Shown here one piece after another: positions 6,885 to 18,519 of a DNA stretch of 64,000 nucleotides. The stretch covers positions 20,576 to 84,575 of the forward strand of contig CALSQM010000004.1 of assembly GCA_943788515.1 (NCBI GenBank), given 5' to 3'. The position numbers were made by a program, and so were the translations under genes. The number at the start of each line of letters is the position of its first letter. Position 1 is the stretch's first letter. The notes beneath the pieces are model-generated. The model saw nothing but the letters and a program-made list of their open reading frames with translations. It was not told where the DNA came from and did no database searches. Origin of the DNA: an uncultured SAR86 cluster bacterium. GTDB lineage: Bacteria > Pseudomonadota > Gammaproteobacteria > Magnimaribacterales > D2472.

Positions 6885-9464
6885 ATGTTAAACGAATACA
6901 AAGCACACGTAGACGAAAGAGCAAACCAAAATATTCCACCTCTTCCATTGGATGCTGATCAAACAGCACATCTAGTTGATCTTTTAAAAGCACATCATGA
7001 AGAATCAGAATTACTATTACATCTACTAAAAGAAAGAGTTCCAGCTGGAGTAGATCAGGCTGCTTATGTAAAAGCTGCCTTCCTTTCAGATATAACAACT
7101 GGGAAAGCTGATAGCCCTCATGTATCAAAAGTTGATGCCGTTCAGATTCTTGGGACTATGTTGGGTGGCTACAACATCCAACCTTTAATTGAATGTTTAA
7201 AGATTGATGGCTTAGGAAGTGATGCTGCTAATGCGCTAAGTAAGACTCTATTAATATTTGATGCTTTTAATGAGATATTTGAATTAGCTAACACTAACGA
7301 GCATGCTAAAAGAGTTATTGATTCTTGGGCTGAAGGAACATGGTTTACAGAAAAGTCTGAAATTCCAGATCAAATCAAATTAACGGTTTATAAAGTTCCA
7401 GGAGAAATAAATACTGATGATTTATCTCCTGCAACAGATGCATGGTCAAGACCAGACATCCCTCTTCATGCATTAGCTATGTTTAAAATGCCAAGAGAAG
7501 GAATAGAAAGGCCTCTTGAAACTATTGATGAATTAAAAGAAAAGGGAAACCCTTTAGTGTTTGTTGGTGATGTTGTTGGTACAGGTTCTTCTAGAAAATC
7601 AGCAACAAATTCAGTTCTATGGCACATGGGTGATGAAATACCTTGTATACCAAACAAAAAAGAAGGTGGATTCTGTTTTGGTGGAAAAATTGCTCCTATC
7701 TTTTTTAATACTTTAGAAGATTCTGGTGCCTTCCCTATTGAGTTAGATGTTTCTAATATGGAAATGGGTCAAGAAATTATCCTTGAGCCACATAATGGCA
7801 GAGTATTAGATGCAAATACCAATGAAGTAATTACAACGTTTGAATTAAAAACAAATGTCATTCTAGATGAAGTAAGAGCTAATGGAAGAATTCCATTAAT
7901 CATTGGAAGACAGCTTACAGATAAGACTCGTGAAGCTCTGGATCTTGAACCTACAGGTGTTTTTAAAAGACCTGATGATGCAGATGATTCTGATAAAGGC
8001 TACACGTTAGCTCAAAAAATGGTTGGAAAGGCTTGTGGAGTTGAAGGAATTAGACCTGGAACATACTGTGAGCCAAGAATGACCACAGTAGGCTCTCAAG
8101 ATACAACAGGTCCAATGACTAGAGATGAATTAAAAGAACTGGCTTGCCTAGGTTTCTCTGCAGATCTTGTGATGCAATCATTTTGTCATACTGCTGCTTA
8201 TCCAAAGCCAGTTGATATAGAAACACAGCACAACCTGCCTGACTTTATTATGAATAGAGGTGGTGTTTCATTAAGACCAGGTGATGGAATTATTCATTCA
8301 TGGTTAAACAGAATGTTATTACCGGATGGGGTTGGAACTGGTGGTGATAGTCATACAAGGTTCCCACTTGGAATAAGCTTTCCCGCAGGGTCAGGGCTAG
8401 TTGCTTTTGCTGCAACTCTTGGCGTCATGCCATTGGATATGCCTGAATCTGTATTAGTTAGATTTAAAGGTGAAATGCAGCCAGGAATCACTTTAAGAGA
8501 TCTTGTTAATGCAATTCCTTATGCGGCAATTCAAAAAGGATTACTGACTGTTGCTAAAGAAGGTAAGAAAAATATTTTCTCAGGTAAATGTTTGGAAATA
8601 GAAGGTTTGCCAGATATGAAAGTTGAGCAAGCATTTGAATTATCTGATGCATCTGCAGAAAGATCTGCGTCTGGGTGTACAGTCAGATTAAATAAAGAGC
8701 CAATCATAGAATATCTCAAATCTAATATTGTTATGTTGAGATGGATGATTGCTAGTGGCTACGGTGATCCAAAGACATTAGAAAGAAGAGCTCAAGCAAT
8801 GGAAGAATGGATAGAAAATCCTGAACTCTTAGTACCTGATGCTAATGCAGAATATGCAGAAATTATTGAGATTGATCTCAATGAAATTATAGAACCATTA
8901 CTAGCTTGTCCAAATGATCCCGATGATATTAAACCATTATCAGAAGTAGCTAATACTGAGATTCAAGAAGTATTCATTGGGTCATGTATGACAAATATAG
9001 GCCACTTTAGAGCTGCAGGAACATTACTCCAAAAGCATAATGGAACGAAAGCACGTTTATGGGTAGTTCCTCCAACCAAGATGGATGAAAAACAACTCAT
9101 GGAAGAAGGTATCTATAATGTATTTGGTGTATCTGGCGCTAGAACTGAATTGCCGGGATGTTCACTCTGCATGGGTAATCAAGCTAGGGTATTGGCAAAC
9201 TCAACAGTAGTTTCTACTTCAACAAGGAATTTTCCAAATAGATTAGGAGATGGTGCTAATGTATTTCTTGCCTCAGCAGAACTTTCTGCAATAGCTTCTA
9301 TATTAGGGAAATTGCCAACAGTTGCGGAATATCACCAGTACATGGAAGATATAAATCCTCTGTCAGATGATATATATAAATATTTAAACTTTAATGAGAT
9401 TGATACTTATGTTGAAAGTGCTGATTCAGCAAAAATTTCAGCAGTGAATATAGTTAACCCTTAA
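6885..9464 (+). CDS. acnB: Aconitate hydratase B / 2-methylisocitrate dehydratase
   Basis: Collinear with E. coli AcnB from [26 protein letters not shown] onward. Fe-S ligand context is present ([14 protein letters not shown]). I moved the start to the internal ATG at 6885, preceded by GGAG. The ORF-track start at 6864 adds 7 residues not seen in AcnB. Confidence 0.93.
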   Translation: MLNEYKAHVDERANQNIPPLPLDADQTAHLVDLLKAHHEESELLLHLLKERVPAGVDQAAYVKAAFLSDITTGKADSPHVSKVDAVQILGTMLGGYNIQPLIECLKIDGLGSDAANALSKTLLIFDAFNEIFELANTNEHAKRVIDSWAEGTWFTEKSEIPDQIKLTVYKVPGEINTDDLSPATDAWSRPDIPLHALAMFKMPREGIERPLETIDELKEKGNPLVFVGDVVGTGSSRKSATNSVLWHMGDEIPCIPNKKEGGFCFGGKIAPIFFNTLEDSGAFPIELDVSNMEMGQEIILEPHNGRVLDANTNEVITTFELKTNVILDEVRANGRIPLIIGRQLTDKTREALDLEPTGVFKRPDDADDSDKGYTLAQKMVGKACGVEGIRPGTYCEPRMTTVGSQDTTGPMTRDELKELACLGFSADLVMQSFCHTAAYPKPVDIETQHNLPDFIMNRGGVSLRPGDGIIHSWLNRMLLPDGVGTGGDSHTRFPLGISFPAGSGLVAFAATLGVMPLDMPESVLVRFKGEMQPGITLRDLVNAIPYAAIQKGLLTVAKEGKKNIFSGKCLEIEGLPDMKVEQAFELSDASAERSASGCTVRLNKEPIIEYLKSNIVMLRWMIASGYGDPKTLERRAQAMEEWIENPELLVPDANAEYAEIIEIDLNEIIEPLLACPNDPDDIKPLSEVANTEIQEVFIGSCMTNIGHFRAAGTLLQKHNGTKARLWVVPPTKMDEKQLMEEGIYNVFGVSGARTELPGCSLCMGNQARVLANSTVVSTSTRNFPNRLGDGANVFLASAELSAIASILGKLPTVAEYHQYMEDINPLSDDIYKYLNFNEIDTYVESADSAKISAVNIVNP

Positions 9465-9465
9465 T

Positions 9466-10944
9466 TTAAGCGTTTTCTCTTTGGGCTTTAACATCGTCTT
9501 GTCTTGAGTCTTCAAGGTCTTGAAGGTAATTCTCGCCAAGCGGTGTTATGTAATCCCCTGTAAATATAGATGTTTCAAACTCCTTGATGTCAGGGTTTCC
9601 ATATTGAACGGTATCAATTAGATCTTCTAAGGTTTGATAAATCAACCAATCTGCGCCTATCTCTTTTGCTACCTCTTCATGAGTCCTGTTAGAAGCAACT
9701 AACTCCTTGGTAGCAGGCATATCTATTCCGTATAAATTTTGATACTTAATAGCAGGAGCAGCAGATGCAAAATACACTTTTTTAGCTCCAGACTCTTTTG
9801 CCATTTCAATAATTTTTTTACTTGTAGTTCCTCGAACTATAGAGTCATCAACCAAAAGAACGTTCTTGCCTCTGAACTCAAGGTCTAGGATATTTAATTT
9901 TCTTCTAACAGATTTCTTACGTTCTTCTTGGTAAGGCATGATAAATGTGCGTCCTATATACCTATTCTTTACAAAACCTTCTCTATAAGGGACATCTAAG
10001 TCAACAGATAGCTGAAGAGCTGCAGTTGTAGAGCTGTCTGGTATTGGGATTACCACATCAATATCATGGTTAGGTTTAATATTTTTTATTGACTTAGCTA
10101 GCTTGGAGCCCATTCTCATTCTTGCTTTATATACTGAAATCTCATCAATCTTAGAATCTGGTCTTGAGAAATAAACATATTCAAATATGCATGGTTTTTT
10201 CTGAGGTTTTTCTGCGCACTGTTGAGAGAAAAATATTCCTTTTTTATCAATAAATACCGCCTCACCAGGCTCAACATCTCTTAATTTTTCAAAGCCTTGC
10301 GAAGTAAATAGAGCATCTTCTGATGCAATAATATACTCATCTCTTGTTTGTCCTTTTCTAATTCCAATCGATAAAGGCCTAATTGCATTATTATCCCTAA
10401 AGCCTAATATTCCATGCCCTGTTATTAATGCAAGAACAGCATAAGCACCATCACATCGCCTATGTGTTTTGGTGATAGCTTTAAATATATGTTCAGCAGA
10501 TGGGTATATCTCTCTTTGCTTGCCAAGTTCATGCGCAAATATATTAAGCAAAACCTCTGAGTCTGAATCAGTATTCAGATGTCTCATTTCTGCGTGAAAT
10601 AATTGTCTAGCTAATTCTTTAGAATTGGTAAGATTTCCATTATGGGCTAAGCTTATTCCATATGGAGAATTAACATACATTGGCTGAGCAAATTCTTTTC
10701 CTGCACCACCTGCTGTTGGATATCTAACATGGCCTATTCCATAATTTCCAACAAGCTTGTTCATGTGATTTTGTTGGAATACATCTCTTACATATCCCAT
10801 AGATTTTCTACTATTAAGTTTTCCTTCAGAGTCACATACAACCATGCCCGCGGCATCTTGGCCTCTATGCTGAAGCATTAATAGTGAGTCATAAATTTCT
10901 GCAGCAACATTACTTTCTGCAGAAATCCCAACTATTCCACACAT
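9466..10944 (-). CDS. purF: Amidophosphoribosyltransferase
   Basis: MCGIVGI N-terminal nucleophile, a glutamine amidotransferase type 2 domain, and a PRPP-binding VLLVDDSIVRGTT motif. Confidence 0.95.
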   Translation of the reverse strand: MCGIVGISAESNVAAEIYDSLLMLQHRGQDAAGMVVCDSEGKLNSRKSMGYVRDVFQQNHMNKLVGNYGIGHVRYPTAGGAGKEFAQPMYVNSPYGISLAHNGNLTNSKELARQLFHAEMRHLNTDSDSEVLLNIFAHELGKQREIYPSAEHIFKAITKTHRRCDGAYAVLALITGHGILGFRDNNAIRPLSIGIRKGQTRDEYIIASEDALFTSQGFEKLRDVEPGEAVFIDKKGIFFSQQCAEKPQKKPCIFEYVYFSRPDSKIDEISVYKARMRMGSKLAKSIKNIKPNHDIDVVIPIPDSSTTAALQLSVDLDVPYREGFVKNRYIGRTFIMPYQEERKKSVRRKLNILDLEFRGKNVLLVDDSIVRGTTSKKIIEMAKESGAKKVYFASAAPAIKYQNLYGIDMPATKELVASNRTHEEVAKEIGADWLIYQTLEDLIDTVQYGNPDIKEFETSIFTGDYITPLGENYLQDLEDSRQDDVKAQRENA

Positions 10945-11531
10945 TAGGAATCTCCTTTTTCAGAATTTAAATTATCAGAGTCTGGAGATAAGTTTTCTTT
11001 GAACGGTTCAATGATTTCATTAGCTTCCTCAAGAATATTTTTTTTATTATCTAATAAGTTTCTTAGATATGCCTCAATTTGAGGTGCATATTTTTCAATC
11101 ACTGGAGTTATTTTTGATTGATCAATTAAGTCTGTAGATTTTACACTTTTTGGTAACAATAAAAATATTACAAACAAAACAATGAGCCCCCTTGATAGAC
11201 CAAATAAAACTCCAAAAAATTTATCAAAACCTGAAGCTCCAGACCATTTAATAAGCTTACTAATAAATTTGATAGCCATTCCACCAAGAATTATACAAAT
11301 CATAAATACAACGATATAAGCAAGTATTTTAGATACTTCTACATTACCTATAAATTCATTTATTTTAGGGGTTGCCAAGAATTCAAGGGTTATAGCAGCG
11401 ATAAAAGCAAATAACCATAAAAATAAAGATAAAAACTCTTTGGTAAAACCTCTAGATAAAGATATTAGGCCTGATGCTGTCAGAACAACTAAAATAAACC
11501 AATCTGCAACATTTAGACCTAAGGCTTCCAT
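10944..11531 (-). CDS. cvpA: CvpA-family membrane protein (colicin V production protein)
   Basis: The N-terminus NVADWFILVVLTASGLISLSRGFTKEFLSL matches the CvpA signature. It sits in the conserved position upstream of purF. Confidence 0.85.
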   Translation of the reverse strand: MEALGLNVADWFILVVLTASGLISLSRGFTKEFLSLFLWLFAFIAAITLEFLATPKINEFIGNVEVSKILAYIVVFMICIILGGMAIKFISKLIKWSGASGFDKFFGVLFGLSRGLIVLFVIFLLLPKSVKSTDLIDQSKITPVIEKYAPQIEAYLRNLLDNKKNILEEANEIIEPFKENLSPDSDNLNSEKGDS

Positions 11532-11971
11532 CTAAATATTTCTCCTTTTGTGGTTTCAGATATTTTCTGTATGAGCTCTATGTTGTTATGAATATCATTC
11601 TCTTCGTGAAAAGGTCCAACATAAACAGCATAGAGAATTTTTTCTTCACCAAATACCTCAGCGAATGCATGTATTCCATTATCTTGTAATTTGGTTACCA
11701 TCAAAGTTGCGCTATCTTTAGATGATAAAACATGAATTCTCAAAACAAACATATCAAAATCAGATTTTTTAATACTCATAGCTTCTAGGTTCTTATTTTT
11801 AGTATCAAAAACTACATCAATATCTTTCGTTGGTAATATCTCTTTATTATCTTCATCCAGTTTAACCTCCCGTTCATATTGATAGTTTATTTGAGGTTTC
11901 AAAAAAACAAAAAGGGTTAAAAGTAATAACCCTATGATAAAAACTAATCCAGTGAATCTTTTAATACTCAT
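11519..11971 (-). CDS. SPOR-domain protein (DedD-like)
   Basis: N-terminal TM, with a C-terminus like a SPOR domain (FVLRIHVLSSKDSATLMVTKLQDNGIHAFAEV...YAVYVGPF). It sits in the dedD position between accD and cvpA. Confidence 0.7.
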   Translation of the reverse strand: MSIKRFTGLVFIIGLLLLTLFVFLKPQINYQYEREVKLDEDNKEILPTKDIDVVFDTKNKNLEAMSIKKSDFDMFVLRIHVLSSKDSATLMVTKLQDNGIHAFAEVFGEEKILYAVYVGPFHEENDIHNNIELIQKISETTKGEIFRWKP

Positions 11972-12816
11972 TAATATTTATATATTTTTTTAAGAAGACT
12001 ATGGACTTTTGATCTAATATCGCGTCTATGTACGATCATATCTATTGCACCATTTTTTAATAAAAACTCGGATTTTTGAAAATTATCAGGTAAATCAACC
12101 CTAACAGTTTGTTCTATTACCCTTCTTCCAGCAAAACCTACCAATGCATCAGGCTCTGCAATATTTATATCACCAAGCATTGCAAGACTTGCAGATACTC
12201 CACCATAGATTGGGTCTACCATTACCGATATATAGGGAAGATTTGCAGCTTTTAATTTTTGAAGTGCAGCAGATGTTTTTGCCATCTGCATTAATGAAAT
12301 CATAGATTCCTGCATTCTGGCTCCACCGCTTGTTGCAAAACATATAAATGGTGAGTGATCAGAAATAGCCTCGTTAATACCTTGAACAAATTTTTCACCC
12401 ACAACGCCGCCCATTGAACCACCCATGAACCTAAACTCAAATGCAGCCATAACTATTGGCATTCCATCCAATGACCCCTTACCAATAACAATTGCCTCAT
12501 TCTCGCCGGTTGAAGATACAGCATCTTTTATTCTAGAAGAGTAGTATTTAATATCTTTAAACTTAAGAATATCTTTAGTTTTAATATCAGATGCGATTTC
12601 ATGAAATAAGCCATTATCAAGAAATATTTCAAATCTTTTTCTGGCTCCAATCCTTAGGTGGTGATCACATTTTGGACAAACAAATAATGATTTCTCTAAT
12701 TCGGGAGCATATAAAACTGATTTACAGGATGGACATGAACTCCAAAGACCATCAGGTACCTTGCTTTTAGTGCTTGAAGAGCCCATTGAAGGTATAAGCC
12801 TCGTTAACCAATTCAT
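11971..12816 (-). CDS. accD: Acetyl-CoA carboxylase carboxyltransferase beta subunit
   Basis: Zn-ribbon CPSC...CPKC at the N-terminus and a carboxyltransferase core (FEFRFMGGSMGGVVGEK). Confidence 0.93.
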   Translation of the reverse strand: MNWLTRLIPSMGSSSTKSKVPDGLWSSCPSCKSVLYAPELEKSLFVCPKCDHHLRIGARKRFEIFLDNGLFHEIASDIKTKDILKFKDIKYYSSRIKDAVSSTGENEAIVIGKGSLDGMPIVMAAFEFRFMGGSMGGVVGEKFVQGINEAISDHSPFICFATSGGARMQESMISLMQMAKTSAALQKLKAANLPYISVMVDPIYGGVSASLAMLGDINIAEPDALVGFAGRRVIEQTVRVDLPDNFQKSEFLLKNGAIDMIVHRRDIRSKVHSLLKKIYKY

Positions 12817-13598
12817 GATATAGCCACTTTCATATCCATAATGTATTGACCTATTCTACCAAACTCTTTGGTAGTTGATGAGTCATTTATCATTTCCACG
12901 ATAGATGATCCAATAATAATACCATCAGAAAACTTGGCCAATGTTTTAGCATCCTCAGTCGTTTTTATACCAAATCCTGCAAGCGTTGGAAGATCTGTGT
13001 ATTTTTTTATTCTACTAATATTATTCTCAATCTCAGAAATGTTGAGGTTTGAAGAGCCAGTTACTCCTCTTAAGTTAACGTAATAAATAAACCCTGTGCT
13101 ATTTTTAGAAATAAGCTCTACTCTATTCTCTTTAGTTGTTGGAGAGATTAATGAAATAGTATTGATATTAGGGTTGCTTATTCCATAAGTTTCTAAATTT
13201 AATTCTCCTGGTATATCGACTACCAATATCGAATCAATACCATCTTTACCAGTTGCTTGAACTAGGTCGATATGAGAAATAAAAGTATTTAAATACCCCA
13301 TAAGAACTATTGGAGTTTCTTTATTGCTTTTTCTAAACTCATCAACAAGAGATAAAATCATTTTTAAAGATATATTATTTTTTAGTGCGCGATCATGTGC
13401 TCTTTGAATGGTTGGGCCTTCGGCAATAGGATCTGTAAACGGTACGCCAATTTCAATCACGTCAACACCTGACTCAACAAATATGTGCATTAAATCAAGG
13501 GTTGAGTCCATATCAGGATCACCTGCGACAAGATAAGCTACAAGCGCTTTTTGATTATTAGCTTTAAGGTTTGATAGGGTCGAAGTTAGTCTGTTCAA
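12813..13598 (-). CDS. trpA: Tryptophan synthase alpha chain
   Basis: TrpA motifs [17 protein letters not shown] and GFGI, directly downstream of trpB. Confidence 0.93.
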   Translation of the reverse strand: MNRLTSTLSNLKANNQKALVAYLVAGDPDMDSTLDLMHIFVESGVDVIEIGVPFTDPIAEGPTIQRAHDRALKNNISLKMILSLVDEFRKSNKETPIVLMGYLNTFISHIDLVQATGKDGIDSILVVDIPGELNLETYGISNPNINTISLISPTTKENRVELISKNSTGFIYYVNLRGVTGSSNLNISEIENNISRIKKYTDLPTLAGFGIKTTEDAKTLAKFSDGIIIGSSIVEMINDSSTTKEFGRIGQYIMDMKVAIS

Positions 13599-14800
13599 AA
13601 TTCTATGCCGTCTATTTCTGCCACAGTATTTATATCTTTATCACCACGCCCAGAAACATTAATAACTACATTTGCTGACGAGTCTAATTCTTTCATAAGT
13701 GGTTCTAGATAGGCAAAAGCATGAGCTGTTTCAAGAGCAGGCATAATACCTTCTAGCTCTGTGACCACATGAAATGCTTTTAAAGCATTATCATCACTAA
13801 CCGCAACATACTCTGCTCTTCCAATATCTTTTAGCCATGAATGCTCAGGACCTACGCCAGGATAGTCCAGCCCAGCAGAAACTGATTTAGTATCCTTTAC
13901 TTGGCCAGCTTCATCTTGCATTAAATAACTACGAGCACCATGAAGAACTCCAGGGGTTCCATCATTCAGAGGGGCCGCATGCTCTCCAGTGGATACACCC
14001 TTTCCTCCAGCTTCAACACCTATTAGCCTAGTTTCTTGAACTTCAATGAATGGATAGAAAATTCCCATTGCATTTGAGCCACCGCCTACACATGCAACAA
14101 TTGCATCTGGCATCTTATTAAAAAGATCATTGGATTGTTTAATAACTTCTTGCCCAACAACTGAATTAAAATCTCTTACGATCATTGGATATGGGTGCGG
14201 ACCTGTAACACTTCCAATAATATAGTAAGTGTCATCAATATTGCTTACCCAGTCCCTCATAGCTTCATTTAAGGCATCTTTTAATGTAGCTGATCCAGAA
14301 TCAACAGCATGAACTTGAGCTCCCAATAACTTTATTCTATATACATTTAAAGATTGTCTTCTAACATCCTCAGATCCCATATAAATATGACACTCAAGGC
14401 CTAATCTGGCAGCAACAGTTGCTGTTGCAACGCCATGCTGACCAGCACCTGTTTCGGCTATAATTCTCTTCTTGCCCATATGCTTGGCAAGTAAAATTTG
14501 ACCAACAGTATTATTAATCTTGTGCGCGCCAGTATGATTGAGATCTTCTCTTTTTAACCAAATATTACCTGATTTATATTTATCAGTAAGTCTTTGAGCA
14601 AAGTATAGTGGAGATGGCCTTCCTACGAACGCAGATAAATCACTATAAAATTCTTTTATAAAATCTTTATCATCTTTTAATTTACTATAAGTGTTTTCTA
14701 ATTCTTCTAAGGCATACATGAGTGTTTCTGGAACAAATTTTCCACCAAACTCTCCAAAGAAGCCTTCTTTATCAGGGTAATTAAATTTATTAGAAGTCAT
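13595..14800 (-). CDS. trpB: Tryptophan synthase beta chain
   Basis: The PLP-lysine context [16 protein letters not shown] and the GGGSNAMG motif. Confidence 0.95.
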   Translation of the reverse strand: MTSNKFNYPDKEGFFGEFGGKFVPETLMYALEELENTYSKLKDDKDFIKEFYSDLSAFVGRPSPLYFAQRLTDKYKSGNIWLKREDLNHTGAHKINNTVGQILLAKHMGKKRIIAETGAGQHGVATATVAARLGLECHIYMGSEDVRRQSLNVYRIKLLGAQVHAVDSGSATLKDALNEAMRDWVSNIDDTYYIIGSVTGPHPYPMIVRDFNSVVGQEVIKQSNDLFNKMPDAIVACVGGGSNAMGIFYPFIEVQETRLIGVEAGGKGVSTGEHAAPLNDGTPGVLHGARSYLMQDEAGQVKDTKSVSAGLDYPGVGPEHSWLKDIGRAEYVAVSDDNALKAFHVVTELEGIMPALETAHAFAYLEPLMKELDSSANVVINVSGRGDKDINTVAEIDGIEF

Positions 14801-15416
14801 GATTATTTATTTTATCTACAATGTTATTTATTAGGTTGATATCTTTTTTTCCAACTTCAGATTCAACTCCAGAGTTGATATCAATACACCAAGATTTAGT
14901 TGTTAATGCATTATCGACATTTTTAGAATTAATTCCACCCGAAAGAATTAAATTATGCTTATCAGTATCAAAATCTTTGAGCATTTCCCAGTCAAATGAT
15001 TCACCTGTTCCCCCATAAAAACCATCTTTATGATTTTCCATAAGGATTGCTGATGCTGATTCATAGTTCATTAATTCATCAAAATCTTTACTTGTCTTAA
15101 CCCTTATGGCCTTCCAATATTCCAATCCGAATGACTCACAAAAAGATGAATCCTCATTACCGTGAAACTGCAAAATTGGATTATGTAGATATGAGGATGT
15201 TCTATAAACATATTCCTCGTCAGGGTTTACATATACACATACCGGCTGAGTGTTCTTAAAATTAAAATCATTTATGAGCTCAAGAAAATTACTGTTTACA
15301 TTTCTGGGGCTTTGTTCAAAAAAAATAAAGCCGACATAATCTATTTCTAGATTAACTATTTCTTCTAATATAGATAGATCATTTACGCCGCATATTTTAA
15401 TCTTTTGACCACTCAT
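14790..15416 (-). CDS. trpF: N-(5'-phosphoribosyl)anthranilate isomerase
   Basis: KICG start, TIM-barrel TrpF-like sequence (GGTGESFDW), and conserved position between truA and trpB. Confidence 0.88.
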   Translation of the reverse strand: MSGQKIKICGVNDLSILEEIVNLEIDYVGFIFFEQSPRNVNSNFLELINDFNFKNTQPVCVYVNPDEEYVYRTSSYLHNPILQFHGNEDSSFCESFGLEYWKAIRVKTSKDFDELMNYESASAILMENHKDGFYGGTGESFDWEMLKDFDTDKHNLILSGGINSKNVDNALTTKSWCIDINSGVESEVGKKDINLINNIVDKINNHDF

Positions 15417-16198
15417 GATTTAAATTTATCCATAATGTTTAATGTTGGGCTTTGTATATTAAATTGACTTTCATAATTTGGGCCTAAGAAAAATAAACCT
15501 TTTGCAGGTGCGGTCTTTCCAGCAGAGGCCCTGTCCATTTTTAATAAGATATCTTTAATTGAACTTTTAATTTCTCCCTTTGCAATATCCACAAGCGTCC
15601 CAGTCATTATTCTGACCATGTTGTGTAAAAATGCATTCGCCTTAATGGTGATAAAAATAAAATTATTTTTCTTTAAGACTTCGATACTTTTAATTTCCTT
15701 GACTGGGTTTCGAGAGCTACATCTTGAACTTCTGAATGAGGTGAAGTCATGGGAACCTATAAACATATCCGCTTGTTTTTTTATGACATCAAACTCAATA
15801 AAGTTATCATCCCAATGAACCATCTTATCAAAAAATAATGGTTTAGTTTTTGAGTTATAAATGACATAGGTATAACTTCTATCTAGCGCTGAAAATCGAG
15901 AATGGAATTCATCTGCAACATTTGTTATAGCTTTAACCAAGATGGAATCTGGAAGATTAGAGTTAATTCCATCCACCCAGTTCTGATGATCTCTCTCTAT
16001 TTGTGTTTCAAAATCAAATACTTGAGACAGGGCATGAACGCCAGCATCTGTTCTGCCAGCATAATTTATTGAAATATTTTTCTTGGTAACTTCTTTAAGC
16101 GCATCTTCAATGGACTCTTGAACTGATACCGCATTCTTTTGTTTCTGAAAACCAGAAAAATTAGTACCATCGTACTCAGTTACAAAGGCTAGTCTCAC
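15413..16198 (-). CDS. truA: tRNA pseudouridine(38-40) synthase
   Basis: YDGTNFSGFQKQ and GRTDAGVHA (catalytic Asp) motifs. Confidence 0.93.
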   Translation of the reverse strand: MRLAFVTEYDGTNFSGFQKQKNAVSVQESIEDALKEVTKKNISINYAGRTDAGVHALSQVFDFETQIERDHQNWVDGINSNLPDSILVKAITNVADEFHSRFSALDRSYTYVIYNSKTKPLFFDKMVHWDDNFIEFDVIKKQADMFIGSHDFTSFRSSRCSSRNPVKEIKSIEVLKKNNFIFITIKANAFLHNMVRIMTGTLVDIAKGEIKSSIKDILLKMDRASAGKTAPAKGLFFLGPNYESQFNIQSPTLNIMDKFKS

Positions 16199-17509
16199 TT
16201 GTTTTGAATTTTATCTAAAAGACTCATTGCAGATTCTTTTATGTTGCTATCTTCTGTTATTTTCAGTATATCATCTATTATAATCTTACAATTACTATAA
16301 TCCTGCATTTCAAAATATGTTATTGCTAAGTCTAACTGTTGCTCGTCATAATTATTTTTTATGCTCAACCCTTTTGGTAAGCCATCGATAGAAGAAGAGG
16401 AATCCACTCGCTTCATCAAAGTCATAAGATATAGTCTTTTTCTTTGTTGAGTTAAGTTGGATATATATCAAAGCGATAAGGACTCCGGACAATACCGAAA
16501 CAATCGCTACAAACAATAAATCCATAACACCAAACCCACTATCATCTTGAATATTTTCTTGGTTGTTCTCAATTTCAATTAATTTATCTAATGTTTTATT
16601 TTCAACAGCCACTTCAAACTGCTTTGTATTATTTTCAATAAACTTCTTAGGATCTGAGACTTGATCATCATTAATATTAATCAGCTTGTTGTCTTCTTTC
16701 TGTTCGTTAACTTTTGGAATCTCTAATTTCTCTTGCTTCCACATAATCTTAGGAGCGGTCAAAGTTAAAAGGGACTTTACGTAGCGGACAAAGTTTGATG
16801 AAAAGGAGGCATTCATTGCTAAGATGGACTCTTTGGCCTCATCTTGCGATGTCATCTTCATAGTCATATATGACGGTATTTTTAAATCCTTGTCTTTGCG
16901 AACTAAATTGATATTACCATCAATAAATGCATCTTTATTCCCTAGGTAAATAGACCACATGATTTGGTATATAGAAGTATCGGTTGTTTCTTTTTTGATA
17001 TTTGAAGCTATGCTCCACATGGTTGTAATATCGTCAGCTTTGATGAGGTTTGATTGTTCCTTTTGCGGAGTCATTTCAATTACTTCATCAAACTTATCCT
17101 CAATGGGAAGCCTTGCAGGCTGATATATTTTTGATGGTTTGTTTTGATTGGTATTATTCTTAATTTTTGATGGTAAGAAAATAAATATATCCTTTGCGAG
17201 CTCATCCTCAATAACTAATTTAAAACTGAAATAGTCTTCGTTATAGCTATTTTCTAAAATAATAGAGAAGGATTGGTAGGTGCTGAAATCCTCTAATAAT
17301 GTATAACTAATATAGTCTTCATTGATTGGTTCATCTGATTTATATTCCTTTAGAAAAATATCATCGTCTGATATTTTATTTCCCTTAACTCTAAATTCGA
17401 TCACCCTCTGATCGCTTGAATTAAGCTTAAGTGAGGGAGAGGATAAAATAGAATCTGCAGCAATATTTATTGAAAAAATAAATGCTAAGAGATAACTATA
17501 TCGCATCAT
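16195..17509 (-). pseudogene. fimV: FimV-like protein (signal peptide, LysM-like region, TM, C-terminal FimV/TPR-like motif) split by a frameshift
   Basis: ORF 16352..17509 holds the signal peptide, a LysM-like segment (IYQIMWSIYLGNKDAFIDGNINLVRKDKDLKIP) and a TM. ORF 16195..16425 holds a FimV C-terminal-type motif (QLDLAITYFEMQDYSNCKIIIDDIL). The two overlap by 74 nt in different frames. The asd-fimV-truA position is conserved. Confidence 0.6.
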
Positions 17510-18519
17510 AACTTATTGCTTGAAACCAATCTTTGAAGAATTTGTACTGCATTAAGTGCAGCACCCTTTCCATATACATTATCCGCAACCACCCATAGAG
17601 ATACCCATGTATCATTTTGTATCTGCTGAGACCTTATTCTTCCAACATAAACATCCTCAGAGTCATTAGCTTGCTCTAATGGGGTTGGGTATTCTAGGTT
17701 ATCTGGATCATCCATTACACAAACTCCAGGAGTTCCTTCTATGCAGCTGATAATCTCATCACGTGATGCCATGTTAGAGGATTTAAGAAAAACTGCTTCA
17801 GAGTGACCATTCAATACAGGCACTCTTGCACAAGTAGCTTGGACTTCAATAGCAGGATCAAGAATTTTTTTTGTTTCCCAAACTAACTTCATTTCTTCTT
17901 TAGTAAATGCGTTATCTAAGAAAATATCACACTGGGGTATAACATTAAAGGCAATAGGTTTTGGATATACTTTTGGTTCAGTATTTCCTTCATAGGTTTG
18001 AGATTTCAGCTCTGCAATAGCCTCCTTACCAGTTCCGGATACTGCTTGATATGTAGCAACATTAAAAAAATCAATACCGTATTTGTCATGAATCGGTTTT
18101 AGAACCATTAAAAGCTGTGAAGTTGAGCAATTGGGGTTTGCTATTAGTGAAGGCTTTTCGAGTAAATCTATTATAGATCCATTAATTTCAGGGATTATTA
18201 AGGGTACATCTTCTTCGTATCTAAACTCTGATGACAGGTCAATAACATAACTACCTGATTCAACAAATTTTCGAGCATGGGTCTTCGCAACAGATGAGCC
18301 TGCTGAAAAAATTGTTATATTTGCATCAGATGGATTGAAAGAATCCAAGTCTCCAATTGTAATATCATTATTCTGAAAATGGATGGTTTGACCAACTGTT
18401 GATTTTCCAAGAGGAAATAATTTATTAATCTTAATATTTTTCTTTTCAAGAAGTTGGAGTATTTTTTGCCCAACAACACCAGAAGCCCCAATTAAAGCAA
18501 GATTGATAGTCTTATCCAT
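17506..18519 (-). CDS. asd: Aspartate-semialdehyde dehydrogenase (short, Usg-1-like type)
   Basis: Rossmann N-terminus IGASGVVGQ and an active-site Cys context (NPNCSTSQ). 337 aa, located between leuB and fimV. Confidence 0.8.
   Translation of the reverse strand: MDKTINLALIGASGVVGQKILQLLEKKNIKINKLFPLGKSTVGQTIHFQNNDITIGDLDSFNPSDANITIFSAGSSVAKTHARKFVESGSYVIDLSSEFRYEEDVPLIIPEINGSIIDLLEKPSLIANPNCSTSQLLMVLKPIHDKYGIDFFNVATYQAVSGTGKEAIAELKSQTYEGNTEPKVYPKPIAFNVIPQCDIFLDNAFTKEEMKLVWETKKILDPAIEVQATCARVPVLNGHSEAVFLKSSNMASRDEIISCIEGTPGVCVMDDPDNLEYPTPLEQANDSEDVYVGRIRSQQIQNDTWVSLWVVADNVYGKGAALNAVQILQRLVSSNKL

Noticed and set aside
6793-7128. A 111-aa minus-strand ORF overlapping the acnB start, plus the 7-codon N-terminal extension of acnB at 6864.
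   Set aside because: It overlaps the strongly supported acnB reading frame. The AcnB alignment begins at MLNEYKAHV (ATG 6885), which has a GGAG just upstream.
11519-12816. The absence of folC between accD and the SPOR (dedD-like) gene, where it sits in E. coli and Pseudomonas.
   Set aside because: This is only a synteny difference. folC may be encoded elsewhere, and nothing in the sequence (no scar, no gap) indicates a recent deletion.
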